A DNA stretch of 64,000 nucleotides, taken from positions 9,172,372 through 9,236,371 of the forward strand of contig NC_069000.1 of the NCBI RefSeq assembly GCF_001194135.2, written 5' to 3'. A program made the translations under genes and the position numbers. Below are positions 1 to 14,584 of the stretch, piece by piece; the first letter of the stretch is position 1; each line of letters starts with the position of its first letter. Source of the stretch: Octopus bimaculoides (Eukaryota). A model generated the notes under the pieces. It was not told the DNA's origin and searched no databases. It worked only from the letters and a program-made list of their open reading frames with translations.

Positions 1-517
1 TTGAAAATTATCATCATCATCGTATTAACGCTATTGTTATCCCTAATATCATTAGTTTCTACATCTATTAAATAAAGCTTATATAGTTATATAAGAGTGT
101 GTGTATGTGTGAGAGGGGGAGAGAGATAGGAGAGAAGAGAAAGAGGGGAGAGGCAGAGGAAAAGAGAGAGTGAGTGGGGGAGGGCCGTAGGCTTCAACCA
201 ACAGAGATAAAAGAAGTTTTCAACTTTTAGTGGTATTAATACAGTATATTAAACCTTGCATAAATTTTTAAAGTTTTAATTATGCAACACTGGGAAATTT
301 GTGTCTCTTGCTGCAAGGGGCTTGAGAAGAATATATTAACATCAGTTCATTGTCCTAAAAGGAAGCCGAAAGGAAAAGTTGATCAGGCATAAAGGTAATT
401 AACTACTACAGAACAAAATATCACAAGGTATTGTTGATCAATGCACTGATTCTGCCATCTTGTGATGCTATTAACCCATATGCTCAAACACTGCAGTGAT
501 AGGTGGAAGGGAGTAAT

Positions 518-520
<3 letters not shown>

Positions 521-582
<62 letters not shown>
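521..582. repeat. (AG)n microsatellite
   Basis: Uninterrupted AG dinucleotide run. Confidence 0.98.
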
Positions 583-587
<5 letters not shown>

Positions 588-879
588 ATAGTGTCAGGGG
601 TTAATGAGAGTAGTTGGGTTTGGGGTTGAAAAGGAGGATAATATAGGAAGAGGTAGGAGTAAAGAATTTATGGCTACACTGACTGGCAGAACAGAAAGAA
701 TAGTAATGGGTTCTATTTTTCATTAACTTTTGCCAGAGTAATTCAGTAGATATGAGTGACAAATGGTAGAAGGGAAAGGAGAGGGCCACAAGCATAGACA
801 CATATGGAATTTTTATTTTTCTGATGGAAGTAGAGTTCAACTGTTTCTCTGTTTACTATAAATTTGATTTTTTTTTTTC

Positions 880-1235
880 TAACTTAACTTTAAGACCCTT
901 TGATTCCAGGCTTTGCTTCCACACCTAGAATTTCTTTTTCTGCTAAAATTTCAGCTATAAGAATGAGGTCATCAGCATAAAGGAATTCTGATAAGCAACC
1001 AATCTTATAATAAAAACAAAAAAACAAAACGAAAAAAATCCTTCTTACAGCCTGGAGGTCTATAATGAATGGGAGAGAACTGAGGACTGAGCCTTGGTGA
1101 ACTCCTACCTGCACACTATCATGGCTGTACTTGGTGCTAACTCTCAGATTATCCATATACTTTAACTTCAACACCTCACCTATAGTATCTACCCTTTTTC
1201 ATATTCTCCTTCTTAGTTGTTGGGGCTCTAGTTTT
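880..1235 (-). mobile_element. Decayed RTE-type LINE, reverse-transcriptase core
   Basis: ORF 890-1174(-) contains GVHQGSVLS and EFLYADDLILIAE, i.e. the RT QG and YADD motifs; frameshifted and truncated. Confidence 0.85.
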
Positions 1236-1564
1236 GTGAATAAAGTCATGCATGACTCCTTTACAGGTGAAGAGATTTATTGAAAATTTCTTATATCTCT
1301 ACTTCTCATGTCATCTCAGCATGTATCTTTTGTTTTTAACAATACAGCTAAGATCATTTAGTTAAATGTATGTACTGTACATTGTTTCTATGGGTAAAAG
1401 TTATATGTCCATCTTAGAAAATTAGTGATATTGTGTACAGAGTGAAACAGGTATTGTGTGAGCCCACAGAATTTCAAACTAATTTAAGCAAAGCTATCTA
1501 CTTAAAACAGTTTCATCAAAAAGGTTCCAAGTTAAAAATCCAATCTGGGTGTTTATTTAAAAGT

Positions 1565-1595
1565 GGGGGAGAGCTTTTACCTCTGTTGGCAACCA

Positions 1596-1633
<38 letters not shown>

Positions 1634-1770
1634 AAGTGAAAAGAAGATTGTATGATGCATGCATATAAAAGCAATTCTACATGATAGTGAGATGTGGGCC
1701 TTGAATGCAGAGGACATGCAAAGGCTAGAGAGGAATGAAGCTAGTATGCTCTGCTGGATGTGCAATGTTT
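1565..1770 (+). mobile_element. Decayed RTE-type LINE, post-RT region, interrupted by (CT)n
   Basis: Translates as ELLPLLATK..SL / RLYDAC / AILHDSEMWALNAEDMQRLERNEASMLCWMCNVS, typical of RTE ORF2 downstream of the RT core. Confidence 0.8.
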
Positions 1771-3699
1771 CAATATTCACCAAGATCTTTCAGTATTTTT
1801 TATCATTCCTTTCAGTTTGTTTACACACATTTCCATTTTTATCATGAAAAAAAAAAATCAATGATTCACAAAACCATACACATGCATACAGAAAGTCTAT
1901 GTCTAAAAAAGATAGTGGGAGGGAGAAAGAGTGACAGTTTAGGCCAAATAGTACAAACATTATATGTTGTGTGTGTGTGCAGAACACATATATCTTTAAT
2001 ATAAATAGTGCAGAAAGTAATGTTAAAAACTCAAGATGCAATATTCTTTGAAACACACACATTATTCTTCTCTTGTTCAAAAGGTAAAAAATAATAAATG
2101 ATATTGTTTAGCTTATCAAGAATAAATAACACATCCTCTCTGTTTCATTTTCTCTCTTATACTTTTATTGTTTTATTGATAGTCTCTTTCTAAATAACAA
2201 TTATTGTTGCTTCCATGACTCAATGTTGCTTCACAACCTATCTAAATTGGAATTTATTTGAGAAATTTTAGTTAAAGTTTTCTAAAATGTTAGCAATAAA
2301 TTGCTTAACAAACTCTTTGTTTATAGTATAAAGAAACACTCAATTGTATGTAGGGGCAAGAATTCTAGGCATCTCTACTATATTTTCTATCTTTTGAAAA
2401 CTTTTATATATGATGCAAGCAATATGAAATACAGAATACAAAATTTTTCCTTGACATAAGCAGTTTAAAACATAGATGTGTGCTGAAAATGTTTCATTCA
2501 GAGAATTAATATGACTCAAAAAGAAGAGTGCTGTAGTCACAATTGCAAATACATTAATTGCTAATCAGAAAATAATGCATATGGTTTCAGTGAGTAGATT
2601 AGTAAAAAATATTATTCTACAATGCAAGTACCACAGTTTGTGGAAATAGAAACAAAATGATAATAAATTTTGTTAGACCAAATTTGAACAAAACACAAAA
2701 TGGTTAGAATAAAAATCAGAAACAAGGCAAACATTTTTAGCTGTAAAATAAATACTTTCATTGTTATTTCTCATATAAATACTGAAAGAATAATCTAGAA
2801 TCATTACAAATTTTGTACAAAATAAGCAATCAAAGCTGTCTTGTCATATTTTACTGCAATAGAAAAAAAATAAATTAGCTATACATTAGATGCATGAATG
2901 TGATCAAATCTACCTTTTGGAAATTAGATAATAGAAAATTAGACCTTTGTGTGTGTGACAAAAATGTGGCATCAGGTGCTAAAATTTATAAGAGTTTTAA
3001 CTAAATGCAATAGGAGTTTGAAACAAAATCCAATAATTCATTCATAATATAATCTTCAATATTGCAAAATCAGGGCAGTTGAGAGTGGGTGGCAGGAACC
3101 TAATATTGGCAGCAATAACTTTACATGATTAATGTGACATTTTTAGAATATAAAAAAAAAAAAAAACCCAAATGCAAAGAAGAAATAGTTGAAACCTTAA
3201 TCAGATGTGCAACTGACTGGGAAGTTACAAGCAGTGCTTAAGCTTTTACCATGATCCAGTATTGCATACTAATGAAGACACCAAGTCACAATTTAGCAAA
3301 GAGAATAATCGATCATATTGAACTAGTATTTAACTAGTAATTTATTTTACTGATCATCCCCAAGCATGAGAGGGAAAAAACTGACCCAAGTGGAATTTGA
3401 TCTCAGAACTAAATATTGCAAGGCATTTTGTCCTTTATTCTATCAATTCTGACAATTCACTATTCATATATTGCTAAGAATTGGTTATATTCCACTACAA
3501 ATTAATATTAATGAATGCTATATAGTAAATAATTTTATCTAGCTAGGACTGGCTGGAATCTTATGAAGTGTACTAAATTTCTCTATGTAACCATGAAAAA
3601 GAAGACATTAAAATGATGATGATGATGTAATCTAAAGAATACAAACACAATCAGGGAGCTGTTTAATGCATTTTATAATCATTAAATGGCACATGACCT

Positions 3700-3850
3700 C
3701 GCTGCAGGTGTGGCTGTGCGGGTAAGAAGTTTACTGTGCAACAATGTAATCCAAGTTTGATCTCAGTGTGTGACATTTGGGGGCAAGAATCTTCGACCAC
3801 ACCCTCAGGTTGTGTGAAATTTGGTTGAAGGAAATTGTGAAAATTTGTCA
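3700..3850 (+). mobile_element. tRNA-derived SINE with a CORE-like segment (ggcaccttgggcaag-type); diverged relatives at about 6905-7065(+), 19270-19365(+), 32405-32545(-), 33575-33730(-), 55180-55285(-)
   Basis: Recurrent gtggctgtg..gtaagaag..ttgggcaag..cttct..tatagc motif seen in several diverged copies in the window. Confidence 0.7.
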
Positions 3851-5777
3851 CACACACACACACACACATGCACATGTGCAAGTGTGTATATGTGTATAAC
3901 TTTGATGTAAGCTGGTGAAGGCTGTAAATATTAAGGAAACTGAGTAACTGGTGCTTTTCAAACAAAGTCTCTCACATTATGTGCTTTGCCTCAAGTTTGA
4001 AGTTCCCATCATTTTTGCAATAGGAAATGCAGCGAATCAATGATTGTCCCATTTAAAACCTGTAAACAACAACACTACAATTCACAAATTAGGATATTAA
4101 ATAAAATATTGCATGATTTAATGCAAGCATTTTAGTGCAAGAAATTGTCATCACTGCCATCAACATTACTATGACTACCAACAACAAACAATGACCATCA
4201 CAAACAACAAATAAACATCATCACCACCAGTATTTACCATTATCATCACTTATTTTCCCATCTTTTTCTCTGACTTTCTTTTCCTCTCTCCCCTTTGAGT
4301 TACTTCCCTCAGTGTAACACAATAGGAAGGTAAGAATGTATTATGATATCAAATACGATCTATGCTTTTGATTAAGAAACATTTGACCAGAAACCAAGAA
4401 CAGATATAAGCAACAGAACTTTTCACCACCCAAATCAATAAAAACTATCAACAAGGGACTCTTTGAGTCAACCTGCTTGAAATAACAATCTCCCTCAAAT
4501 CACAAGCTGTCTTTAGAAAAGAAAATTTCAATATGCCTAGAAAAGGATTGTGAAGGTCATATATAAAATGTCACTGATTATCATAGGTCTACTCAATCAA
4601 GATTAACTTGGAACAAAACAAGTCTTTTTGTTTTTTTCACAAATTACAACTGAAACTGCACAGCACCAAACAGAACTTCAGTGAACTACAGATGAAACTG
4701 ATTGATAAGATATCCTCTACAAACTGGTGTATTTCATGTACTTCACAGATGTTGGTTATCTTCTGGCTAAACATAGTACATTGATGAAACTTTATGAGGA
4801 TGTTTTACATTATGAGTATGTTTTACTGACAGAATATTGTTATCAAATATCAGCTGGGATACTAAATAGAAACCTGAAGCCTACAAAGCAAGTTTAGGAA
4901 ATCTTGCAGATGATTGCTCCTGTAGGGCCCTGGAACTAGACAAGAGTTTCAGCAAGGGATGAGAGGCTGAGGCTTGTTGATGAAGAAATTTTATGAAAAA
5001 CAGCACCAGAGCAAGACTGGTTGGCAGCACCTTGAAGTATAGCCACTGCAACCAGGACTGTCACTCACATGTAAGTCTCTACAGTTATAGTAGATGCTAT
5101 TCTGCCAACAAGATCAGAACAAGACTTTCCAGGCATGGATCCATGGTTTTGTGGGACTAGTGGATGCCTCCAGCATGATTAAATGAATACATTTAAACAC
5201 AAGTTTGTGAGGTATTTAACCTTTTCCAAGAGCTAAAACCTGGAATAGAAATGACATATGAATTTAGTATTTCGGGAGCTTACCTTAATGATACAAGGAT
5301 ACCCAGTGAGCAATGCATACTGTTTGTATGATAGAAAATTACCAAAGAACTCACTCCAAAATCCCCTTTCAAACTGAATATAATTTCATAATCAAAGCAT
5401 CACAATATTTATGAACAAGCCAATGAAGAAACCTCTATGTAGCAGACCAACACGCTAGAAATAGCAGCCAAATGGTCTAATAACTAAGAAGAATACATAG
5501 GACAACTCAGTTTGAGATACTTCATATAGAATATAAAAAAAAAACAGGATTGGTCATTGCTGAAATGGCTTTGATCATAGTGCTGCAGGTCATCGCAGAC
5601 CTGGGACTAAACAACAGCATCTACCAAGTTCTCCAACAGCTCACTAAATAGTCTCCTTTTCATTATGTTTAATGTGACATTCACAATAACTGAATAACTG
5701 ACCTTCCCTCACAGACACTTTTCAGTAGCTATGTAGGTGTATGCATGTGTACAGTGTGAGTGTGTGTATAAAAAGTA

Positions 5778-5782
<5 letters not shown>

Positions 5783-5813
<31 letters not shown>

Positions 5814-5845
5814 GATGTGTGTGTAATATGATGTGTGTGTATATG
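5783..5845. repeat. (GT)n microsatellite with duplicated gtaatatgatgtgtgt unit
   Basis: Direct inspection. Confidence 0.9.
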
Positions 5846-7367
5846 TGTGCACATGTGGTGTATTGTTTGTGTGAGTGTGAGTGTAAATTAATACTTTGAG
5901 ATTAAAACCAAAATCCTATGTCCCAGCCTAGAATCTCTGATGCTAAGTCTCAAATAGGATTTTGTTGCTGACATGTTTGCTGTTCTATACAATGTGCCAC
6001 TCCAACTAAATAACAACCACAAAGGTATTTACATCTGATATTATACAGGAAATGTCTTTGTCTGTAAAATTATTTAAAAAAAAAAAAAATTAAGAAAAAC
6101 AATAAATTCTTTTAGTCTACTTTCTTCACCCATGTGTTCCTTAAACAGTTGAAAAATAAGTTAACTTGCTTTAGCTTCTTTTGTTTTTTCTTTTTTTTTT
6201 TTCAACAAATTTCCAACATTCCAAAGCTATGTGTTTAATTGGCGTGATTACCAATTCTATTAGTATTTTGTTTCAGCACATAAAAGGTTACTATAGGAAG
6301 ATTGATGATGAAAATAACAATAAATTCCTTTCCATCAAAGTAGACCTTTTATAATTTGGAACACTTCCTCATTTTGGGAGGTTTGAAAAAAAGGCAAAAA
6401 AAAAAAACAAAAAAAAACAACAACAAAAAAAGCAAAAAAAAAATCTTAGAATGTCAACATTCCAGTTGTGTCCTCAATATTTGAAAACATTCTTGGCATC
6501 TACAATCAAACTATTTGATATGTAAGAAATTTGACACTGGAGTATGTTTAAATTCACTGGGAGGCTTCTAATCAGAAACTACAATTGTTTTGAGTTCCAG
6601 TATTTCTGTTCAAGTATCTATCAATGCAGCCAAAAGGGAATAATCCAAGACACTATCAAATAGCAAGTTCAAAGGGGATGTGGAAGCCTTGAAACTAATG
6701 GGAATTAAATATTAATGAACAAGAGCGACCAAGTTAACTACGTGGAACTATGTGAATAACCAATGCGTGTCCAACTTCCAACCAGATATTTTCAGTGCCT
6801 CAGCAACTTTCTCTATCTTCACATCATTACTAGTCCTTTCTACTACTAGGCAGTCAAGCTCAACAGCATGATTGAATAATTAAGAAATTCATTCACTGTC
6901 ATGATGCTTCAGGCATAGCTTTGTAAGAAGCTCACTTGGCAACCGCATAGTTTCAGATCCAGTCCAACTACCTGGTGCCTTGGGCAAGCATTTTCTAGTA
7001 TAGCCCTGGGCCAATCAATGCTTTGTAAGTAAATTTGGTAAATAGAAACTGTATTATGGAAGCCCATCACATACAAGATTTAAATAAGAGCATTTAAATC
7101 CTATGTATACCAAATGATAACTCTCACAAGATGGAATACATATTTTGCTAATCCTACCAATAACAGAGCAGTACAATATATTATCAGTCAATTGTCCGTA
7201 AGTCAGAAAAAAGCACACTCAAAAAGAGAACATGTGCAGTTATACTTCTCTATTGTTAAATAGTATATTCCTATTATGACATATAACTAGTTAGAAAGTT
7301 ACCATTGGTTTCATGCCCACTATTGCACTTGCCAATATAAAGGTACCTATCTATCTATCTATCTATC

Positions 7368-7398
<31 letters not shown>

Positions 7399-7939
7399 GC
7401 ACTTGCACATCTTTGTCGTTGTTTGCCACCACCATTACCACCATTTGACAACTGGTATTGATTAGTTTACATCCCCATAACTTAGCAGTTTGGAAAAAGA
7501 GGGTGATAAAAGAATGTATGAGACTTTAAAAAAATTTTTTTTAAAGCATAAGTACCAGGGTCAATTTGTTTGATTAAAACCTTTCAAAGTGATGCCCCAG
7601 CATGGCTGCAGTTCATGACAGAAACAAGTAAACAATAAAATATACCACTGTGTGGTATTTGGGTTGTCTTCTAGCTACTGCTTTGGGTGGGTTGACCCAA
7701 GCTATAAAGGATAAGCCCAAAATAAACCTTGATTCTCACAAAAAAATAGAAGCTAATCATACAAAACTATACTAGATGAATAAGGCAAAACAAGTTGCAT
7801 TTCTTTAGGTAGAACAGAAGAGATGTATGGTTGGTGTTTATTAACAAGATGAAACCTTTGAGGAGCAGGCATTGCTGGAGTTAATCAAACAGTTTAGTAA
7901 GGCACCTTGGAAAAGTATCTTTTACCATAGATTTGGGTT

Positions 7940-8345
7940 GGCCAATACTTTATGAGTGGAATTGAGTAGATGAAATCTGTGGAAAACCTTGCTGTATATG
8001 TAAATATCTTTCAGTGATTTATATCAGCAAAAGATGTGAAACGGCAGCAACATATGACAAATGAATGCCTTTAGAGAGACCTGCCAAAAGTTAGCGAGAA
8101 GATCAGGTAAAGACAGCTGTGACTATCTGGTCACTGTGTGCCACCCTGAACTGGAAGTATCCAAATTAGTCTTGTGGAACCCATTTTATGGTGATGTGTG
8201 AAAAAGAAAACGTTGTCACACTTACATTGACAACTTGATTCCAGACACTGGTCTGGAATGTTTCCAGGACCTCGAGGCAGTGATGATAGAACAAGAAGAG
8301 TGGCAAGTAGACTTTGTTGCTGCACACCAGGTTGGAACCTGGCCA
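7940..8345 (+). mobile_element. Decayed RTE-like LINE 3' end
   Basis: Translates (with stops and a frameshift) as QHMTNE..DLPKVSEKIR..GHC..PELEVSKLVLWNP..TYIDNLIPDTGLE..DLEAVMIEQEEW, matching the RTE ORF2 C-terminus pattern. Confidence 0.7.
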
Positions 8346-9299
8346 TTATGATAAAATAATTCGTGAGAAAACCTATAAACTGGTATTTTTTAATGAGAAT
8401 CTCTTGTAATATCGCTCTGCAAAGTTTCACAGACAATCCCTTATCACATCTCCTTGCCATCATAGATACAATGACTCAGTGATTGGCCCACTGGAAACCT
8501 GAAACCAATTATGCTTTTGTTTACAAAGTATGGTATAAAATAAATGACATCAAATAATGGACGATTTGAGTTAAAACTGTGTCCTCTACATCTATATTAG
8601 TTTCTATCTAATAATAAATGCAAAAGAACTGGACTGTAGCATTACTATACGAATAAATAAAATGACTGGCAAGTTTCCGTGCTTCTTTTTTCATTGTATA
8701 TTTATAGATCTAAATGAATTAAAAAAAAAAAAATAATGTCTAAGATGGAAATCAAAACTCTCAATAGGAAATTGTAAAACAACCAAAACTATCAAAAGTA
8801 AACAGAATAAACTAAAAGCTAGATGGAACATGTTCAGTACAGAAGTTGACTACCAAACTACCAACTTTAGTGGCCACTGGTAGGAAAACTTGATACACAA
8901 AAGCAGAACACTAATATAAGCTTTGAAAAACTGAAAGACAAATAAATATTGTAAGATAGAAGCTTTTGCAACCACAATGCTGGACAATGCTCATACTGAC
9001 AGCACCAAAAAAAAAAAGCAGATTCATTAAACCCTATCTTTGGTTATGAAGAATAGCGAAATAACTGAAGAGTAAACTTTATGTACCACTAGAATGAAAT
9101 AAAAACAAAAATTGCAACAGAAAGATAAAGCTAAAACATAATGATGGAGACTCAGAGAAATGAAAAGACGCTAACCCACCTGCCCTTCATGATGTGGCCT
9201 GCAGGAAAAAAGGAGAAGAGAGAAATCTAGAAATCTGTTACAAGTTGAAAGTGAGAGGGAGTTGAATGTCAGTAAAACTAAGAAATGTAAAACCAACTG

Positions 9300-9357
<58 letters not shown>

Positions 9358-9373
9358 TGTGTGNNNNNNNNNN

Positions 9374-9424
<51 letters not shown>

Positions 9425-9450
9425 TGTGTGGTGTGTGTGTGTGGTGTGTG
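9300..9450. repeat. (GT)n microsatellite containing gap 9364-9373
   Basis: Direct inspection. Confidence 0.95.
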
Positions 9451-11571
9451 TTATGGCAGTGAGAAGAAAAGAAACTTGAGAAATGTTAAAATAACTCAGC
9501 AAAATTTAACAAACAATGCTTTTAAAATTGATCTGAGTTTTGGAAGTAAAAGTTTATCAGAGATACTTTACAGAACTAGAATTATACTGACATTCAACAT
9601 AATGACCATTTGTTCTTGTCCAACTTTCATTTGAAATAGTTCATACAAGAGAAAAACAGTCTTATATTTCTGAAAGTTTGAATTTAAAACATTCTACAAT
9701 GCCTAAAATGCCTAAATATAGGAAAATCTCAAGAGTTGATTTCAAATACCAATATGATAGTGTATTTGATTTTTGTGATAATTTTTTTTAAGAAAAAGGG
9801 GAAAAAATACAAAAAGCTGTAACAGACTAAAATAAATTTCAATAGCAAACATTGTGTAATTGGTTAGAGGAAAGTTCAAAAAGAATTATGACAAAATTGA
9901 GTGGAGGATGGCTTCCGAGGCTTCTTTGACTGATATGAGAGCTAGTGTTCAGTACTAGTGAATGAAAATAAATGAAAACAAAGGATATGAAACATAATTA
10001 GGTGAATTGATAAATATGACTTTTAAAGACAGAATTAAACTGAAGACCTGATTAACGGAAAGAGATGTTGCTTTAGCAAATGATTTAATTTAAGCTTCAG
10101 GAAAACTTAAAATATGATATGAGTTTGATTTTATTCTTCATGTCAGTATATACTGTCATACTTTATACAAAATTCTAACTTGAGAGAAACAGCCTTTTTA
10201 ATTTTTTTTTTTTTTTTTTTTTTTTTTTTGTCATGCCATTTAGCAGAGAACAGAAATGGAGGAGATGAAATAAAAGTGATGTCTATTTGGAGAATTAACA
10301 TTGGTTTCAAAGATTGAATAAAACAAAAATAAAAATAGTTTCATAGAAATCATAAGCACTTAGAGACTAAGACTCTGTTACTATCCGTGACACACAAGTC
10401 TTAAAGTAGTAAAATACCTTAAGACTAAATTTCATAATGAAACGGATATTAACACATACTACATTAAAACTACAAAATTTTCAACACCCATCCAACGCTT
10501 GTACAGTTTTTATATATGTGGCAATAAATAACTATCAAACAGAATAGAGAAATATGAAATTCACATTTTTAATAAGATCTAGGTTTATTTAGAAAACATG
10601 AAATAATCATCACCCAATTAGATTACTATACATACGTATACAATACACATACAAACATATGTATGTACTTACATATGTATGTACTTATGTATGTATGATT
10701 GCATGTGGGGATGAACAGAAGAATGAGCACTTAATATAAAAGAAACAGAGTATAAATCATGCAAATTACAGACAGAATGACATGCCAATACTCTGAATTT
10801 CTTCTTAGTACACTGAGTTTACCAGTATTTGTTCAGTCAACAAAAGATCTGATCGTGAGCCAAGATATGGTTGTAGACCAAAATAGCTGCCGAAAACATA
10901 AATCTCATGTAGGATTGGATGTTGAATTTCAGTTTCATTTCTATATATAAATAAATAAATAAATAAATAACAAGGGTAATAAAATGCATTAATTTAGGGA
11001 AACAAATCTTGAAGTTTTGGTAAAATCTTCTTTTTTTTTTTCTTTTTTTTTTTTTTGGTTATTTCTCCTTAGCTGAACTGCAAGCAACATTAAAGGCAAC
11101 GTTAGAATCAAATGCACAATTGATAATTACAAAGGAGCACAAACGCACAATAACTGCAAAGAAGTGCATTTGCAATAAAAAGCTGCATAATAATACAACT
11201 GCAAAGTGACATTATCATAACATCCCACGCGTTGTACTCAATTTGCTTTTGTGCATTTTGACAATTTGGAATCATGTATATAATGTGACAAAACGTATAA
11301 TGTAACCATAGTGTGGCACCTTGGTATCTTAATGTATATTGTACATTCACTATTGTGAATGACATTTAGCTCTTGGCAATCCTGGATAATGCACCATGGT
11401 TCCCAGATGTTTTAATAATTGGTGCATATCTGTGTGCACTTGTACTTCATATTCATTGTTCAACAGTTTATGATTTATATGCAGAAGTTTGCCTGGTCAT
11501 CATCATCATCTTTATCATTGTCGTTGTCATCATAATTATTATCATTGTTGTCATCATCATTATCATCTAAT

Positions 11572-11720
11572 GTCCATGCTTGCATGGGTCTGACAGAATT
11601 TGTTGAGACAGATTTTCTATGGCCAGATGCCATTCCTGTCAGCAACTTACCTATAGGCTAACAGGTTTTTCATGGAAGACTGGAAGCAAACAACTTTGCC
11701 TGTATGATGATGACGTTCTA
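11572..11720 (-). mobile_element. Old copy of the (CAT)n-tailed SINE
   Basis: (CAT/ATT)n tract followed by ctaatgtc..catgcttgcatgggt..ttctatggccagatgcc, a diverged version of 63768-64000. Confidence 0.7.
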
Positions 11721-11982
11721 CAACCATCATGCGTATATATAGATATGTGTGTGTGTTTATGTATTTTTTTTTGTAGACACCAATTGTAAAATTGCTGCCT
11801 ATATGATTTTAATGTTGCGTTTAATGATACCTGAAATTTAGCTAAGAGGAAATAAGAAAAAATACTTTTAATAAGCATTTTGAACTTGGTTTTTGAATAA
11901 AAAATGAGATTGAAATTAAATATCCTGTCCTACATGAGATCAGAGTTTTCAGCAGAAATTTTGGCATACAGTTGTAGCTTAC

Positions 11983-12032
11983 ATACAGCCAGATCTTTTG
12001 CCATCTAAGTGAATGATGGAAGATCCATTCTG
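11983..12032 (-). CDS. Possible downstream exon of the IQ gene (QNGSSIIHLDGKRSGC); speculative
   Basis: Acceptor tactttttttcttgttag, open in phase 0, donor GTAAGC (or GTATGT 4 nt earlier); no homology evidence. Confidence 0.25.
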
Positions 12033-12147
12033 CTAACAAGAAAAAAAAGTATTAACATAGTATCCTGCAAGTAATTTACATAATAAATAGTATATATAAA
12101 AAAACCCCAACATTATTATATCAATATATACCTACATTTATGCATAC

Positions 12148-12178
<31 letters not shown>

Positions 12179-14584
12179 TAAATAATACCATGCATCCATT
12201 TCCAAGTAAGTTTATATATATATACATGTAAACAGACATACACACATGAATATACATATTTATTCACTTATGTACATGCATACATATATATACACACATA
12301 CATGCATACATATATATGCACACATACATGCATACATATAATACATGCATAAATGTCTGAGATGAGTTATTAATAAGATTATAATTTTGGGGATTATTCA
12401 CCTATCTTTAGAAATTAAATTGTTTTTCAATATTTGCATCTATGGTATGTTTTGGTCAAATGTTTGTAGTATCAGACTGGATTACGACTAGTCACATTTA
12501 TTTCTAGACATTAAAAACTGACAACATTTCTATTTACTAGGCCACTGAAAGATCAAATTGATTGTAACACAGCTTAGAAGTTTAGAAGTGAATATTGGAA
12601 AATGTTTTGTATCTAAAACTGAATAGTCCGAAAAACGATAGTTTTTATACATACACACGACTCACATTAATATTTCATGAGAAATATTTCAAAGATTGTG
12701 GGGGAAATGTTAAATTATTTTGTTGCAGAGAAGAATAAAAAAATTAACAAAATGCTAATGTAAAAATAGGAAAACTTGATTGAGATGAATATAGCTTGAA
12801 GGAAACCCTTACTGAGAAAGGAAATAGTATATACATTCTAATCAGAACACTGAACATGCACCTGATAAAGTGATTTAAACATTTGGAAAACCAATAATAA
12901 ACAATCCCAAACTAAAAATGCCTGATAGGATGTGCCAACCTGTTTAACTATTGAAGATTTCCTGAATGTAAAAACAACAAATCTTTAATAGATTATTGCA
13001 AAATAAATGTGAAACAGCACATTGCAATTCTTTCTGTTTGGATTCCATCTGTGAGATAGGTAGGAAGTATTTATATAACTTGGAAATGTTGGGGGGGGGG
13101 GGAATCTAAGTAGTTGGAATGGGTATAAGAGGTTAATGTTAATGCCTACCTAGCCTTTGGCTTTCAAGGGATTCAAACACTATTTGATTTATATTATTAT
13201 CACCACCACAATCAACATCATCATCATCATTATCTTCATCTCAATCATCAACTTCTTCCTCATCAAAAGCTATTTTAATGTCTATTTACTATTTTCATGC
13301 AGACATGGGTTGGATAGATATTTTATTTTAAAGGATTTTCACAGCTTTATATACTTTTGAACACCAAATTCCAGCAAAAGTGAGTACATAACTATAATTA
13401 GGATGTTGCCAACATTAGAGATATTATCTTCCACAACTAAAACATTCCTTCCCGCCTTTGAGGTAAAACTGCAAACCATGATAACCATGTTTTCCTAAAG
13501 GTTGTTGGTAATGTGAATGAAATAATGCACCTGGTAACAGATCATGAACTTTGTTGACTAAGAAGCTATGGCTGTATCAAAACATCCACTACCACGGTTA
13601 CCACTATAGTTTGGGGTGGTAGGCATTGTAGTAATTAAAACCAAGTATATATAGACCTGTGTATGTGTGTGTGTGTGTGTTCACTTTTTATGCGAAAATG
13701 GTTACGTGAATTGCTTCCATACTTGGGATGCATGAATTAATTTGACCTCGGATACATAATAGGGTCATCAGTTTATTTTTTTTATTAAAAATAAATACAG
13801 GGATTTCTAAATAGTATCTTATTTTAGAAGAGGAACCTCTGATTCTTTAATGTAGAGTCAACAACTGATTACAGGCAAAATGCAAGCATTTGGGAAGCAA
13901 AAAGAAAGACTTTAGCTGAAGAGGAGTACCATGTTTGAAACTATTCTTTGTTGAGATATGTCAAGTTTATTGAGGCAATGTGACTTGCAAAAAAATACCA
14001 ATACTTTTTGGTAGATATTCAACATCATTACAGGAATGACCCTGAAATTTAATTGTACAGTTAAAGGGTTAAATCGCATTAATAGGACATAGTTTTATTA
14101 AATAGCACCTGAGGCTCTACTTGGGGATCAGAGTAAAGGAAAGGGATATTTTGGTATCCTTAGATACTGCTTTCTTTTAGTTGTTTCTTTAGTAGAAATC
14201 TCAGCTTTGTAAAGTAACTTTGTAGATATGTACAATAATGTCATTGTGAGAAAGTGAAAGAAATAATATGTGAAATTATGGTTTCACTGTGATGGACAAT
14301 GTACAAAGACTAGACAATAAGCTAGCACTCAATAACGACAACTTAAGCAGACATGAGCAAAAACTACAGGAAAAATGTGACAATATTTGTATCAAAATGG
14401 ATGCTGAAAAACAGATGAAATTTATTCATTAAAAAAGCAGAAAAACTAAATAATATAACACTTTGAAAGTAATGTTATTTTTAGAGTTTTATGAATTATT
14501 AATAATATATTCTAAAGTAAATTGGGATTGATGTATTAAAAGGTAAATAAAACTAATATTGGCTTCAAAGTTTGGCCAACAAAT

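Noticed and set aside
9262-9634. CV/HT/YI-repeat ORFs here and at about 19000, 27900, 30860, 41600, 44100, 50500, 51400
   Set aside because: Translations of dinucleotide microsatellites.
13000-13048. Minus-strand acceptor followed by MESKQKELQ
   Set aside because: No good donor and the rest of the frame looks random; cannot be distinguished from chance.
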